Positions 8,368 to 18,387 of a stretch of DNA of 64,000 bases are shown here, in pieces. The stretch is from Minisyncoccota bacterium (GTDB lineage Bacteria; Patescibacteriota; Minisyncoccia; Phycocordibacterales; UBA9973), in the NCBI GenBank assembly GCA_021734995.1, contig JAIPHX010000002.1, positions 80,189 to 144,188 on the forward strand, read 5' to 3'. The notes under the pieces were generated by a model. The model was not told the origin of the DNA. It saw only the letters and a list, made by a program, of their open reading frames with translations, and did not search any database. The translations under genes and the position numbers were made by a program. The number at the start of each line of letters is the position of its first letter. Within the stretch, counting starts at the first letter, position 1.

Positions 8368-10296
8368 TTATTGTATCACCCTATCTCCTGTAGGGGGGAA
8401 AGAAGGATCATTGGATAATCTAGTATTTAAAGAAGACTTATTGATCCTTACTCCTACATTAGCAAAATCATCCTGTCCCGTAAAGATGGTATCATTTATC
8501 AATGTTGGTGGTGTCCCAAGCTGGGAAAGTGATGGTAAAAGTTCTATCTGAAAACTAACCTCCCTACTTGAGCCCGTCACGCCAATTCCGCGCATCAATG
8601 TTCCAATATTCCAAACTATTTCTTTAGTAGAAGGATTGTAACTCAAGTCTTCAGATGGTGGAGAAACTGGGCCTACAAAGCTAGCCCAAGGAGGAAGTGA
8701 TGTTTTTACTTGAGCTCGTGAGATATTGTTGGCAGTATTGGATAGAGACCACACCACAGTATATGTAGTCTTTTGTTCTACTCTTGGTGGAATAGGACCA
8801 GAATTTTTAAATGCTCCAGAATAATATAATATTTTTGATACAAATCCTGCTTCGGTTATAATACGAATATTTTTTGATTCAGAGTTTTTTAGTTCATTTA
8901 TAGCATAACCATCAGAAGCTTGCCTACCTGCAATAGATACTTCTATGTTTATAGATGGATCAGACAATATACCATTTGTTCCACCAAGCAATGCTAATGG
9001 AGAAAGAGAGAAGCTAACATATCCAGATTTTCCAGGAGGTATGTCAGCAAACTCTTTTAGAGAATTTTTATCCCATACAATAGTATCTTGGGCAGAATTA
9101 TAAAAACCATCTTTCACTTCAATTTTTGATTCGTCTAAAGCATTTCCAGAAAGCTTGGCTCTTATCTGCATATCTGAAATTTTTGTATCCATATTGTTTA
9201 CCCATTTTATTTCTCCTTGTAATTTTGACTTAGTATCTACCGCATATTCATTCTGATAAACACCATTTATAAAAAGATTGGCTGCGATGAACGGCTTTTT
9301 AACAAACACTGTATGGCTTAGGGAATTAAAGACAGTGCCTATCTCAGTCTTGTCTACTAGATTTTCAGAACCACTCCAAACTTTAAAGTTCTTTTCTTCC
9401 CCATCATAAACATCCACCATCTTACCAGTCAAAGTGATTTCTTTTTCTCCTCCTGGAGGTAAATCTCCTAAATTCCAAATATTATTACCAATCACAGGAG
9501 AGGGTCTTGCTGATTGGAATTGAAAACCTACAGGATAGTCTATTTTTATAATCATTCTCTGCACAGATCTTGTCGCATTAAGTTGTGCTTTTATTCTCAA
9601 GGAAATATCTTGATTTGGACTAATCTCCTTTGGTCCTTCTACTAAAATATTTACTGGAGTAGAGCTAATAGACACTTCATATGGTTTTTCTTTTACAAAG
9701 ATAGCATTAGAACCTGCTACTCTATATTCAAGTAAAAATTTAATAGGTTTAATACTTCCCTGTTCTCCAAAAAGCACTACTTTTATATTCTCATTTTTTA
9801 CTCCACCAGAAGGAATACTTCCTAAAGAAACACGCAATTTTTCTGTATCTTTATTAAGGTCAGAAGAAGCACTTCTTGGATATTCCACAAGCAAATCAGC
9901 CAACTCTAGAGCAGAGGTGTTGCGATTGATAATTTCTATTTGAAGAGGCAATTCCTCCCCTCCTCCTGTGAAAGCATTACCCAGCACGGATATTTCAATA
10001 TTTTCATTTGAAATAGTATTTCCTTTTCCAACAAAGTTATAAAAGGCAAAAACAGAAGCAAGTACAAAAAATATTATTGAAAATATAAAGAATTTTTTAA
10101 AGATTGAAGTTTGCATAAATATTTTTTCTGGCAAAAGAAATTTTTTATCTTCTTTATCCCAAGTATCCGAAACTTTATGCTCCAAACTATCATGATGAAA
10201 TTTCATATCACTACGAATTTTCATTTCATAATTTTTACTGTAAAGTTTGGTTTTTAAATCTTCAAGTCTGTTCAGTTTTTCTGAGTCTCGCGCCAT
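8368..10296 (-). CDS. Hypothetical membrane-anchored protein with large extracytoplasmic domain
   Basis: 642 aa; ~65-aa cytoplasmic N-terminus, single TM (FFIFSIIFFVLASVFAFY), Ser/Asn-rich beta-like remainder; 4 nt upstream of glyQS. Confidence 0.55.
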   Translation of the reverse strand: MARDSEKLNRLEDLKTKLYSKNYEMKIRSDMKFHHDSLEHKVSDTWDKEDKKFLLPEKIFMQTSIFKKFFIFSIIFFVLASVFAFYNFVGKGNTISNENIEISVLGNAFTGGGEELPLQIEIINRNTSALELADLLVEYPRSASSDLNKDTEKLRVSLGSIPSGGVKNENIKVVLFGEQGSIKPIKFLLEYRVAGSNAIFVKEKPYEVSISSTPVNILVEGPKEISPNQDISLRIKAQLNATRSVQRMIIKIDYPVGFQFQSARPSPVIGNNIWNLGDLPPGGEKEITLTGKMVDVYDGEEKNFKVWSGSENLVDKTEIGTVFNSLSHTVFVKKPFIAANLFINGVYQNEYAVDTKSKLQGEIKWVNNMDTKISDMQIRAKLSGNALDESKIEVKDGFYNSAQDTIVWDKNSLKEFADIPPGKSGYVSFSLSPLALLGGTNGILSDPSINIEVSIAGRQASDGYAINELKNSESKNIRIITEAGFVSKILYYSGAFKNSGPIPPRVEQKTTYTVVWSLSNTANNISRAQVKTSLPPWASFVGPVSPPSEDLSYNPSTKEIVWNIGTLMRGIGVTGSSREVSFQIELLPSLSQLGTPPTLINDTIFTGQDDFANVGVRINKSSLNTRLSNDPSFPPTGDRVIQ

Positions 10297-10326
10297 ATTT
10301 TTTTATTATATCATATCTTAAGACAA

Positions 10327-10908
10327 TCAAAGATGTGTTTCCTTTAGAGCTTTGTTGATAGTGGCCAATATTTTTGCTCGGCTAGTCGCAAGTTCAAAAA
10401 CAAATTCTGATTGTATTGGTGATTTTATTAGTTTATCATATTCTGGATCACCCCCAATATAGCCCAAATTACCTAAAATCTTCAAAACAATCATTGTTTC
10501 TATATCTCTAATCATCTTTATATCTAGATTCCTCTCTAGAACCAAAAAACCATTTATTAAATCCTCAAACAGGGTTTCATTGGTCTCTTCTCCAGAAAGC
10601 AGTCTTTTCAAGAGACTGGCTACTCTGACAAAAATAGAGAGAGCACTTTTATTGTTTTTTAAATCATCTAAAATATTTGTTTTTGAAGCACTTGTAATAC
10701 GCCAAAAATCTTTTCCTCTCACTAAATCTACTTTTATATAAGAAAAATCTTGTAAAACAAAGCGTAATTTTGAAGAAAGTTTTCGCACCCCTTGAGCAGA
10801 AGCATAGATCATTCCTAGATCCTTTGTAAATAAAACATAATACTTCCCTGTCTCACCAATATTTCGGCTATCTAGTATTAGAGCTTCAGTATGATGTATA
10901 TGATGCAT
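10327..10908 (-). CDS. recO: DNA repair protein RecO (short form)
   Basis: EALILDSRNIGETGKYYVLFTKDLGMIYASAQGVRK.SSK matches the RecO N-terminal OB-fold consensus; no C4 zinc finger. Confidence 0.7.
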   Translation of the reverse strand: MHHIHHTEALILDSRNIGETGKYYVLFTKDLGMIYASAQGVRKLSSKLRFVLQDFSYIKVDLVRGKDFWRITSASKTNILDDLKNNKSALSIFVRVASLLKRLLSGEETNETLFEDLINGFLVLERNLDIKMIRDIETMIVLKILGNLGYIGGDPEYDKLIKSPIQSEFVFELATSRAKILATINKALKETHL

Positions 10909-10915
10909 CTAAAAA

Positions 10916-11560
10916 TTATATCACAAACTCTTTCAGCTCTTCCAGCACAGGAAGTATACTTTGGTCATTTATATCATTTGGTTTTATTTTAGAATTTTTA
11001 AAAACAATTTCTTCTATTTTTTTTCCACAAGATACTAGCTTCTGTCTTTCTTCTTGCTCTGGGTGCTGGTATCTTTTATTTGCCTCATCCATTCTTTCTT
11101 CGTAACTCAATACTCCATAAGGGCCTACTCGCAGATCAGAGTACACTAGTATTTGTATCGGCAAAGATCCACTTTCTAGATTTCTACATAGCGAAGAAAA
11201 TTCTAAAACATCAATAAAATCAATTACTTTTTTAGAAACTTCCATCTCCTCGGCAATCTTTTTATTGGCTTCGTGGTCATTTTCTCCATATTTTTGAACA
11301 AATTGCTGTTGAACATCTCGCCAAAAATCTATCCCTTCTGGATCATAAAATTCTTTTGGGAACACTGAAAAATCTGCTTTTACAATGTTTCCAAAGTCAT
11401 GTAGCAATAAAGATTTTACTATATTATCTTCATCCTCTTTTGAAAGAGGGTCTATTAAATTGGCACAAATAATCTTTGCCACAGAAGCTACCCTCAACAT
11501 ATGTAGCTCTAGATTTGGCATTATCTTGTATTTTTTATATAGGTCGGAGATTCTAGACAT
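10916..11560 (-). CDS. HD domain phosphohydrolase
   Basis: H..RVA..A motif followed by LLLHDFGN (HD motif). Confidence 0.7.
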   Translation of the reverse strand: MSRISDLYKKYKIMPNLELHMLRVASVAKIICANLIDPLSKEDEDNIVKSLLLHDFGNIVKADFSVFPKEFYDPEGIDFWRDVQQQFVQKYGENDHEANKKIAEEMEVSKKVIDFIDVLEFSSLCRNLESGSLPIQILVYSDLRVGPYGVLSYEERMDEANKRYQHPEQEERQKLVSCGKKIEEIVFKNSKIKPNDINDQSILPVLEELKEFVI

Positions 11561-11574
11561 ATGGGTTTGCTATT

Positions 11575-12477
11575 TTATTTATTAAATTTATTCAAAAAAT
11601 CTTCTCTAGTAATATATCCATAAGAGGAATGGATTTGAAACTTTCCCGTTTCAATTAATTTACGAGCTTCATTTTCTCTAAAGTTGCCATTTTTATCGGT
11701 AAACTGTCCCCAAACATCATCTGAGTCAGAAGAACTTTTCTCTTTAAAAATCTTAAAACCAAGATTGCGACACAAAGGAGTAGACAAAAGCCAAGAACAA
11801 CCAATGATATATTTTATATTTTTATAATCTTTTTCTTTTTGAATCATTTTTGCTATATCTTGGAAAGCTTTATCAATACTAGCGAAAGGATTTTCATTTC
11901 TAAATGGATTTTTCCAAAAAGCTTCAAAATGGATAGAAATTCCTTCATCACCATCTTTTATATCCAAACCAGAGCCCTCAAAAAAAGACTGCAATTTTTT
12001 TTCTTTTACTGCATTTACAATTCCAAAACCTCTCATTTCTTTACCTTCTTCTACTATGCTTTGTGGAAGGTGTCTAAAGAATAAGTTACCTCTACCACTA
12101 TTGTATTTTCCAGCTTTTTTTCTTTCCTCTGTATAAAAATTATACAACTCCTCTTTCCAAGAGTTTGGGTTTTGGGCATATAAATCATTTATTTTATTAA
12201 TAGCAATAGATCTAAAGTCTTTTTCTTGGGCTAATTTATAAGATTCTCTCCCTTGATTGAATTCAATCATAGATCTACAACGAGATAAATCGTTTACAAT
12301 ATAAGTATTTTTTGCAAAAAGCTCACCAATAGATATTTCTTTTAGAGGCATTTCTCTTTTTATTAAAGAATCCACATAATCTATTTGCAGTTTTAACACA
12401 TTTTCCAATAAAATATTTTCTTTGTCGCCAACCAATTTTTTTTCAGCAAAAAAACCAAAATGATCTAAGGGGCTCAT
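11575..12477 (-). CDS. Hypothetical protein
   Basis: 300 aa, long intact ORF tightly packed between ileS and the HD gene; no domain recognised. Confidence 0.5.
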   Translation of the reverse strand: MSPLDHFGFFAEKKLVGDKENILLENVLKLQIDYVDSLIKREMPLKEISIGELFAKNTYIVNDLSRCRSMIEFNQGRESYKLAQEKDFRSIAINKINDLYAQNPNSWKEELYNFYTEERKKAGKYNSGRGNLFFRHLPQSIVEEGKEMRGFGIVNAVKEKKLQSFFEGSGLDIKDGDEGISIHFEAFWKNPFRNENPFASIDKAFQDIAKMIQKEKDYKNIKYIIGCSWLLSTPLCRNLGFKIFKEKSSSDSDDVWGQFTDKNGNFRENEARKLIETGKFQIHSSYGYITREDFLNKFNK

Positions 12478-12484
12478 AATTTAT

Positions 12485-15400
12485 CTAAATTTTATTTATT
12501 TCTATTTTAAAGACCATTTCTCCTACAGATATTTGTTCTCCATTATTTTCTGCAAAAGATAATTCTTTTGCTCCTGCTGTCTTTTGTAAATCTTCTTGAA
12601 ATAACTTTATAAGCTCCATTCCTTGAGGATCTGTCTGGACCTTTATAGCCACAACATCACTCGGCACAAGATTTATTTTCTTTCGAAGATCCTGTACTGC
12701 TCTCAAAAACTCTCTATAGTCTCCTTCTTTTTTTAACTCACTGGTAATTTTAGTATCCAAAAAGAAAGACTCTGTTTGATTTAAATCCACTAAAATATCT
12801 TTTATATTTAATTCATCTTTTATTAATTCATTGTATTCTTCAGAAAGAGTATAATTTTTCAACACAATCTTACTCAAAGGCTGACGCACTTTTATCCCTG
12901 CCTTTTGTCTTGCCTCAAAACCAAGAGAGACAGTATCGCGGACGGTATCCATATTGGCCAATACCTTTTCTCTTTCTTTCCCTACTCCAAAAAAATTAAA
13001 GAATCGTGTCATCCACTCTCCATCAACTCTTGGCCATTCAGTCAAATGAATACTTTCTGGTTCATTTTCATTTTTTAGAGAAAGCCATATTGACTCAGCA
13101 GAAAATGGAGCAAACGGAGCCAATATCTTTGCAAAATTTTTCAAAACAAAATACAAAGTTTGTTTTGCTTCCAACTCTCCATCTTTAATACGTTCTCTAG
13201 AGCGACGCAAATACCAAGTAGATAATTCATCTACAAAATTTTCAAAGGGTTTGATAGCTTTATTCATATCATATTCTTCCATCCCGCTTGTCACTTCTTT
13301 TATACATTTTCTCAATCGTTCTACAATCCAAATATCTAAAACATTTTTAGAATCTCCACACAAAGCTTCTCCATTTAAATCTGCAAAGGTTTTTTCTAAA
13401 TCCCTATCACGGTACAACTCATAAAAAGCTAAAACATTAAAAAGTCTCCCCACAATCTTGCTAGATATATCTTGCACTGCTTTTTCAGAAAAATCAGCAT
13501 CTTCTCCTTTCATTAAAGGACCAGCCAAAAGATACATACGCAATGCGTCTACCCCATATCTATCAAACAAAATCCAAGGATCTTCAAAATTACCTTTAGA
13601 TTTAGACATTTTTTGTCCATCTTCTGCTCTTACTGTCCCTGTTGTCACAACATATTTAAATGGTGCATGATCAAATAAAATAGAAGATACTACGTGAGTA
13701 TAATAAAACCAAGTACGGGTCTGAGCGATGTATTCAGCCACAAAACCTGCCGGAAAATTATTTTTCTTCCAATCTTTATTGGAAAATGGAAAATGATCTT
13801 GAGCAAAAGGCATAGAGCTGGATTCAAACCAGCAATCAATCACCTCTGTGATCCTTTGCATTTCCGCTCCACAGTCACATATAAGAGTAATATTATCTAT
13901 ATATGGTCTATGCAAATCCAACTCTCGAGCTTTATTGTGTGGCAGTGGAACAAAATCAAGCGCTCGTATTTCTGCATTATTAAAATAATCAAAACTTTCA
14001 GATTGCATATTGAACTTTTCTTGTTCAAAACCACCTGCAATCATATACATTGCTTGGACAGTATCTCCATGAGAAACAAATACAATATTTTCATTTTTGT
14101 ATTTGTCTTCAAAGTCATATAGAAAATCCCCCACCCTTTCAAAAAGTTCTTTTTGAGATTCTCCTCCCTCTGGATCTGCCAAAAATCTATCTTTTTGATC
14201 TTTGAAAAACTGATGATAATACTCAATGGATTTTCCTTCAAAAATACCCATATCAATCTCTCTGAGTCTTGGTTCAAAAATAATATTTTCTTTTTTAAAT
14301 CCAATAGTATCAGCTAAAATCTCTGCTGTCTCTCTAGCCCTTGGTAAATCAGAAGATACAATCATTGTAATCTTTTTGTCTTTCAAAATCGGGGCAGAAT
14401 TTTTAACTTGCTCTTTCCCTTTTTCCGTAAGAAAATTTTTAAAATGTGGGTCAGAATCAACATAAAACTTTTGATTACTATCTGCCTGCCCATGACGCAT
14501 TACAAAATATTTATTACCAGACTTTTTCCCTTTCTTTTTTAAATCTTCTAAAGAAGAGACGAAGTGTTGTTTTTCACATTTGGTGCATTTCCATACTGGT
14601 AGTGGAGAAGCAAAATATCTATTGCGGGAAATGTTCCAATCGGGAGCATTGTCTACAATATTTTTAAATCTTCCATCTTTTAAATGAGCTGGAACCCAAG
14701 ACATGTATTTTGCGTTTTTAATAATACTGTCTTTTGTTTTATTGATATTGATAAACCAAGAAGGGAGAGCGTAGTAAATAATAGGAGTATCGCAACGCAT
14801 ACAGTGAGGATAAGAGTGATTTATCTTTTCTTTGGCAAAAAGCTTGTTGTTGTGAGCTAGATATTTAACAATCTCAACATCTGTCACTTGGTGACCGTCT
14901 TTTTCTACAGCTTTTGGCTTTACAAACATCCCTGCAAAATCCAAAACTTCTTTTTTAAATTTACCAGTCTCATCTACATGCAAAATCCATGGTATTTTAT
15001 TTGCTCTAGCCAAATCCATATCTTCTTCTCCAAAAGCTGGAGCTTGGTGAGCAATGGCTGTTCCTTTGTCAGTAGTCACAAAATCAGCATGCCAAATCTG
15101 CCAAATATTTGGTTCATTTTTCATAGATTCTTCGTAATATGAAAACACAGGAGTATATTTTTTACCAATCAAATCAGCTCCTTTCAGCTCTCCTAGCTTT
15201 TCGTATTTGTTTTGTTCATTTTTAGAATTATTTTCAGTATTACTTGCAGAAGCATTGGATTGTAGTATTTTTTCAAAATATTCTTTTGAAACTATATACA
15301 CATCCTCTTCCCCGTTTTTACGGAACTTTATATAATCAAAATCTTTATTTACCACGATAGCAGTATTGCCTGGAAGGGTCCAAGGAGTAGTTGTCCATAC

Positions 15401-16087
15401 TATAAGGTATGTATTTTTTTCTTCCTTAAGGGCAAATTTTGCATAGACAGAAATATCAGCTATGTCTTTATAACTATTGTCCATCGCAATCTCAGAGTTG
15501 GCAATCGGGGTCTCACATCTAGCACAATACGCCAATACTCTTGTTCCTTCATAAATCAAATCTTTTTTATTCATTTCAGACAAAGCCCACCAGACAGATT
15601 CCATAAAAGAATTGTCCATAGTCTTGTATCCTCCATCAAAGTCTACCCACCTACCAATACGTTCTACTGATTTTTTCCATTCAGAAGCATAAGTAAGTAC
15701 TTTACTTTTTGCATACTCTGTAAATTTATCTATCCCAAGCTTCTCTATCTCTTGATGCCCTGCAATACCTAGATCCTTTTCAACAATATTTTCTATAGGC
15801 AAACCATGACAATCCCATCCCCATTTTCTAGGAACATAATATCCTTGCATGGTCTTGTATCTACCAATGGTATCCTTAACTGTACTACCCAAAATATGAC
15901 CATAATGCATAAGCCCTGTAGCAAAAGGAGGACCATCATAAAATACATAATGTCCTTTTGGAGACTCTTTTTTTAGACTTTTTTCAAAAGTATTATTTTC
16001 ACGCCAAAACTCTAAGATCTTTTCTTCTCTTTCCGCATTTTCAGATTTTATATTTTCCTTTTGAACTTCTTTGTTTTCTTCTGTCAT
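12485..16087 (-). CDS. ileS: Isoleucyl-tRNA synthetase with embedded histidine-phosphatase-like insertion
   Basis: 1200 aa; HYGH (HIGH), WGWDCHGLP, editing-domain TTTPWTLPGN, HSYPHCMRCDTP, KMSKSKGN; extra ~220 aa between PLPVWKCTKCEKQ and LHRPYIDN. Confidence 0.95.
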   Translation of the reverse strand: MTEENKEVQKENIKSENAEREEKILEFWRENNTFEKSLKKESPKGHYVFYDGPPFATGLMHYGHILGSTVKDTIGRYKTMQGYYVPRKWGWDCHGLPIENIVEKDLGIAGHQEIEKLGIDKFTEYAKSKVLTYASEWKKSVERIGRWVDFDGGYKTMDNSFMESVWWALSEMNKKDLIYEGTRVLAYCARCETPIANSEIAMDNSYKDIADISVYAKFALKEEKNTYLIVWTTTPWTLPGNTAIVVNKDFDYIKFRKNGEEDVYIVSKEYFEKILQSNASASNTENNSKNEQNKYEKLGELKGADLIGKKYTPVFSYYEESMKNEPNIWQIWHADFVTTDKGTAIAHQAPAFGEEDMDLARANKIPWILHVDETGKFKKEVLDFAGMFVKPKAVEKDGHQVTDVEIVKYLAHNNKLFAKEKINHSYPHCMRCDTPIIYYALPSWFININKTKDSIIKNAKYMSWVPAHLKDGRFKNIVDNAPDWNISRNRYFASPLPVWKCTKCEKQHFVSSLEDLKKKGKKSGNKYFVMRHGQADSNQKFYVDSDPHFKNFLTEKGKEQVKNSAPILKDKKITMIVSSDLPRARETAEILADTIGFKKENIIFEPRLREIDMGIFEGKSIEYYHQFFKDQKDRFLADPEGGESQKELFERVGDFLYDFEDKYKNENIVFVSHGDTVQAMYMIAGGFEQEKFNMQSESFDYFNNAEIRALDFVPLPHNKARELDLHRPYIDNITLICDCGAEMQRITEVIDCWFESSSMPFAQDHFPFSNKDWKKNNFPAGFVAEYIAQTRTWFYYTHVVSSILFDHAPFKYVVTTGTVRAEDGQKMSKSKGNFEDPWILFDRYGVDALRMYLLAGPLMKGEDADFSEKAVQDISSKIVGRLFNVLAFYELYRDRDLEKTFADLNGEALCGDSKNVLDIWIVERLRKCIKEVTSGMEEYDMNKAIKPFENFVDELSTWYLRRSRERIKDGELEAKQTLYFVLKNFAKILAPFAPFSAESIWLSLKNENEPESIHLTEWPRVDGEWMTRFFNFFGVGKEREKVLANMDTVRDTVSLGFEARQKAGIKVRQPLSKIVLKNYTLSEEYNELIKDELNIKDILVDLNQTESFFLDTKITSELKKEGDYREFLRAVQDLRKKINLVPSDVVAIKVQTDPQGMELIKLFQEDLQKTAGAKELSFAENNGEQISVGEMVFKIEINKI
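13922..14587 (-). other. In-frame domain insertion within ileS: histidine phosphatase (PGAM/His_Phos_1-like) module
   Basis: aa ~501-722 of IleRS: YFVMRHGQADSN (RHG catalytic motif) ... VFVSHGDTVQAM (second His motif), flanked on both sides by canonical IleRS sequence. Confidence 0.6.
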
Positions 16088-16117
16088 AGAAAGGATTTTA
16101 GCATAAAAACAAAGGTT

Positions 16118-17839
16118 TTACATCTTTTCAGGGGCTTCTACACCGAGCAAATACAATCCTTTCTGCATTACAAGAGTAAAAGCTTTGACTAAATTTACTC
16201 TATATTCCGAAGTTCCTTCTTCTGTGTCTATTATTTTATTTTCAGAATAATAAACATTAAAAGCTCGTGCTACTTCAATCAAATAGCTAGCAATATGATT
16301 TGGAGCAAGCTCTTCTGCGCTTCTCTCTACCACTTCCCCAAATCTATACAAGATTCTCTCAAGTGTAGAAATTTCATTTGATAAATTCCCTTGAATCAAC
16401 TCTCCATTTACTTTACGCAACAAAGATGACGCTCTTGCAAAAGAATATTGTAAATATGGTCCAGAATCTCCATCAAAAGAAATAGATTTATCAAAATCAA
16501 AAATGATATCTCCGTTTAAAGATTGTTTTAAGACAGAATATTTTAGAGCAGATACACTTACTACAGAAGCAATCTTGTCTTTCTCTTCTTGAGACATCTC
16601 TTTGTCTTTCAAAATATCCATTATGGCGGAAAAAGAATCTTGCATTAAAGATTCCCCTGTAATCACATTTCCTTTCCTAGAAGACATTTTACCACTTGCG
16701 AGTCGCATCATTCCGTGTGTAACATGCTTCATTCTAGAAGCCCAATCAGGATACATTTGCTCTATTGCCTTTTCTACTACTTTCATATAGTCTGCTTGCT
16801 CTATCGCAGTAATAACAATGGAAAGATCTGGATTTTCTTTTTCAAACTTAGTAGTAGTCAGAGCAATTTCCTTGGTCTCATAAGTCGGCAAAAGAGCTTT
16901 GGTAATAAAGACTCTAGTGTGTAATTTTGAATCATATTTTTCAGCTTTAAAAACAATAGCTCCTTCAGATTCTTCAAAAACCTTCCCTATATTTTCACGG
17001 ACAATTTTTTCTCCTTTTGGAGCCATTTCACTTTCAAAAAAATAATAATCAAACTTAGTCCCAAGCTTTTTGTATATCTCTTCAAAAGCTTCCAAGGTGA
17101 CTTCTCTCCCCCAATCATAAATATTATTTATCTTTTCATCACTTCTCTCATAAACTTTTTTATTGATTACATCAATTTCTTTTTTAATATTTTCATCAGT
17201 GTCATATAGGTTGGAAGCATAAGAGTAACATTCACCGATGTGCTGAGCTTGTGAAGATACTGGAAGACTTTTGTCTGGCTCTCCTTTATCAAAAATTCCA
17301 TAAATAGCTTTAGCCACATGAAGTCCTACATCCCCTTGATAATTTGCTCGAATCATATTTGCTCCAGAATATTCTATAACGCGAGACAATGACTCTCCTA
17401 TAGTGTTACTCATCAAGTGTCCAACATGAAAAGGTTTAAAAGGATTTGGCTGGGTGTATTCAATCATTACTTTCTTCCCAGCAAAAAGATCATTCTTGCC
17501 GAAGTCTTTTTCTTCTAAAATATCTTGAATACTTTTATGAAAAAAATCAGGAGAAAGATAAAAATTTATAAAGCCTGCTCCTGCTGTTTTTACATCCAAA
17601 AATATTTTTTGAGTATGTTCGTTTTCTTTTATTTTTTCCTTTAAAACTTCTACTATGCTTAGAGCAAAATCTTTTGGATTTTTTTGCAAACTTTTAGCAA
17701 ACACCATAGCTACATTGGAAGAATAGTCTCCATTTGTGTGGTCTTCTGGATGTTCTATATTAAAAGAAACCTCTTCATTTACTCCCAAATCTCTAAGGGT
17801 GCTTTTAATCAAATCTTCTATTGCTCTTTTTATATTCAT
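16118..17839 (-). CDS. argS: Arginyl-tRNA synthetase
   Basis: PNPFKPFHVGHLMSNTIG (HIGH region), GKMSSRKGN (KMSK-like), ArgRS N-terminal add-1 domain, DALR-type C-terminus. Confidence 0.95.
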   Translation of the reverse strand: MNIKRAIEDLIKSTLRDLGVNEEVSFNIEHPEDHTNGDYSSNVAMVFAKSLQKNPKDFALSIVEVLKEKIKENEHTQKIFLDVKTAGAGFINFYLSPDFFHKSIQDILEEKDFGKNDLFAGKKVMIEYTQPNPFKPFHVGHLMSNTIGESLSRVIEYSGANMIRANYQGDVGLHVAKAIYGIFDKGEPDKSLPVSSQAQHIGECYSYASNLYDTDENIKKEIDVINKKVYERSDEKINNIYDWGREVTLEAFEEIYKKLGTKFDYYFFESEMAPKGEKIVRENIGKVFEESEGAIVFKAEKYDSKLHTRVFITKALLPTYETKEIALTTTKFEKENPDLSIVITAIEQADYMKVVEKAIEQMYPDWASRMKHVTHGMMRLASGKMSSRKGNVITGESLMQDSFSAIMDILKDKEMSQEEKDKIASVVSVSALKYSVLKQSLNGDIIFDFDKSISFDGDSGPYLQYSFARASSLLRKVNGELIQGNLSNEISTLERILYRFGEVVERSAEELAPNHIASYLIEVARAFNVYYSENKIIDTEEGTSEYRVNLVKAFTLVMQKGLYLLGVEAPEKM

Positions 17840-17961
17840 ATATTTTTAATGGGAATTATTCCTCACACCTACCAACTCTTTATATTATACCTAATTTCAC
17901 TAATATTATATATTCACCCCAAAACTAGCAAGAACACTGAGCAAAAAAACAATTGGGTTAC

Positions 17962-18387
17962 TTAAAGGTGTCCCGTACTACCTTCTCTCCCATTTCCACG
18001 AGGGGTTTCACTTAAATCACTTACTTCTTGGATATCACAATGTTCAAATTTTTGTACAATCATTTGAATTATTTTTCTTCCTTTTTCTACCACCACTTCT
18101 TTATCAGATGTATTAAAAAGACAAATTATCATTTCACCCCGATACCCTGCGTCAATCACTCCTCCCATTACTTTTAATCCTAGATTAAAAGATACTCCTG
18201 ACTTGTCCCAAATAAAACCAACATATCCTTCCGGTATTTCTACTGCAATCCCAGTCTTTATATTCACTCTTTCTTTAGGAGGAAAAACAGCCTCTTCTAT
18301 CGCATAAAAATCAATCCCTGCGTCACTTGCGTGGGCTCGAGTAGGGATCTTTGCTTCAGGATGTAATTTTTTAACTTTTAAAATCAT
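17962..18387 (-). CDS. dut: dUTP diphosphatase
   Basis: AHASDAGIDFYA, GLKVMGGVIDAGYRGE, ETPRGNGREGSTG dUTPase motifs. Confidence 0.9.
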   Translation of the reverse strand: MILKVKKLHPEAKIPTRAHASDAGIDFYAIEEAVFPPKERVNIKTGIAVEIPEGYVGFIWDKSGVSFNLGLKVMGGVIDAGYRGEMIICLFNTSDKEVVVEKGRKIIQMIVQKFEHCDIQEVSDLSETPRGNGREGSTGHL

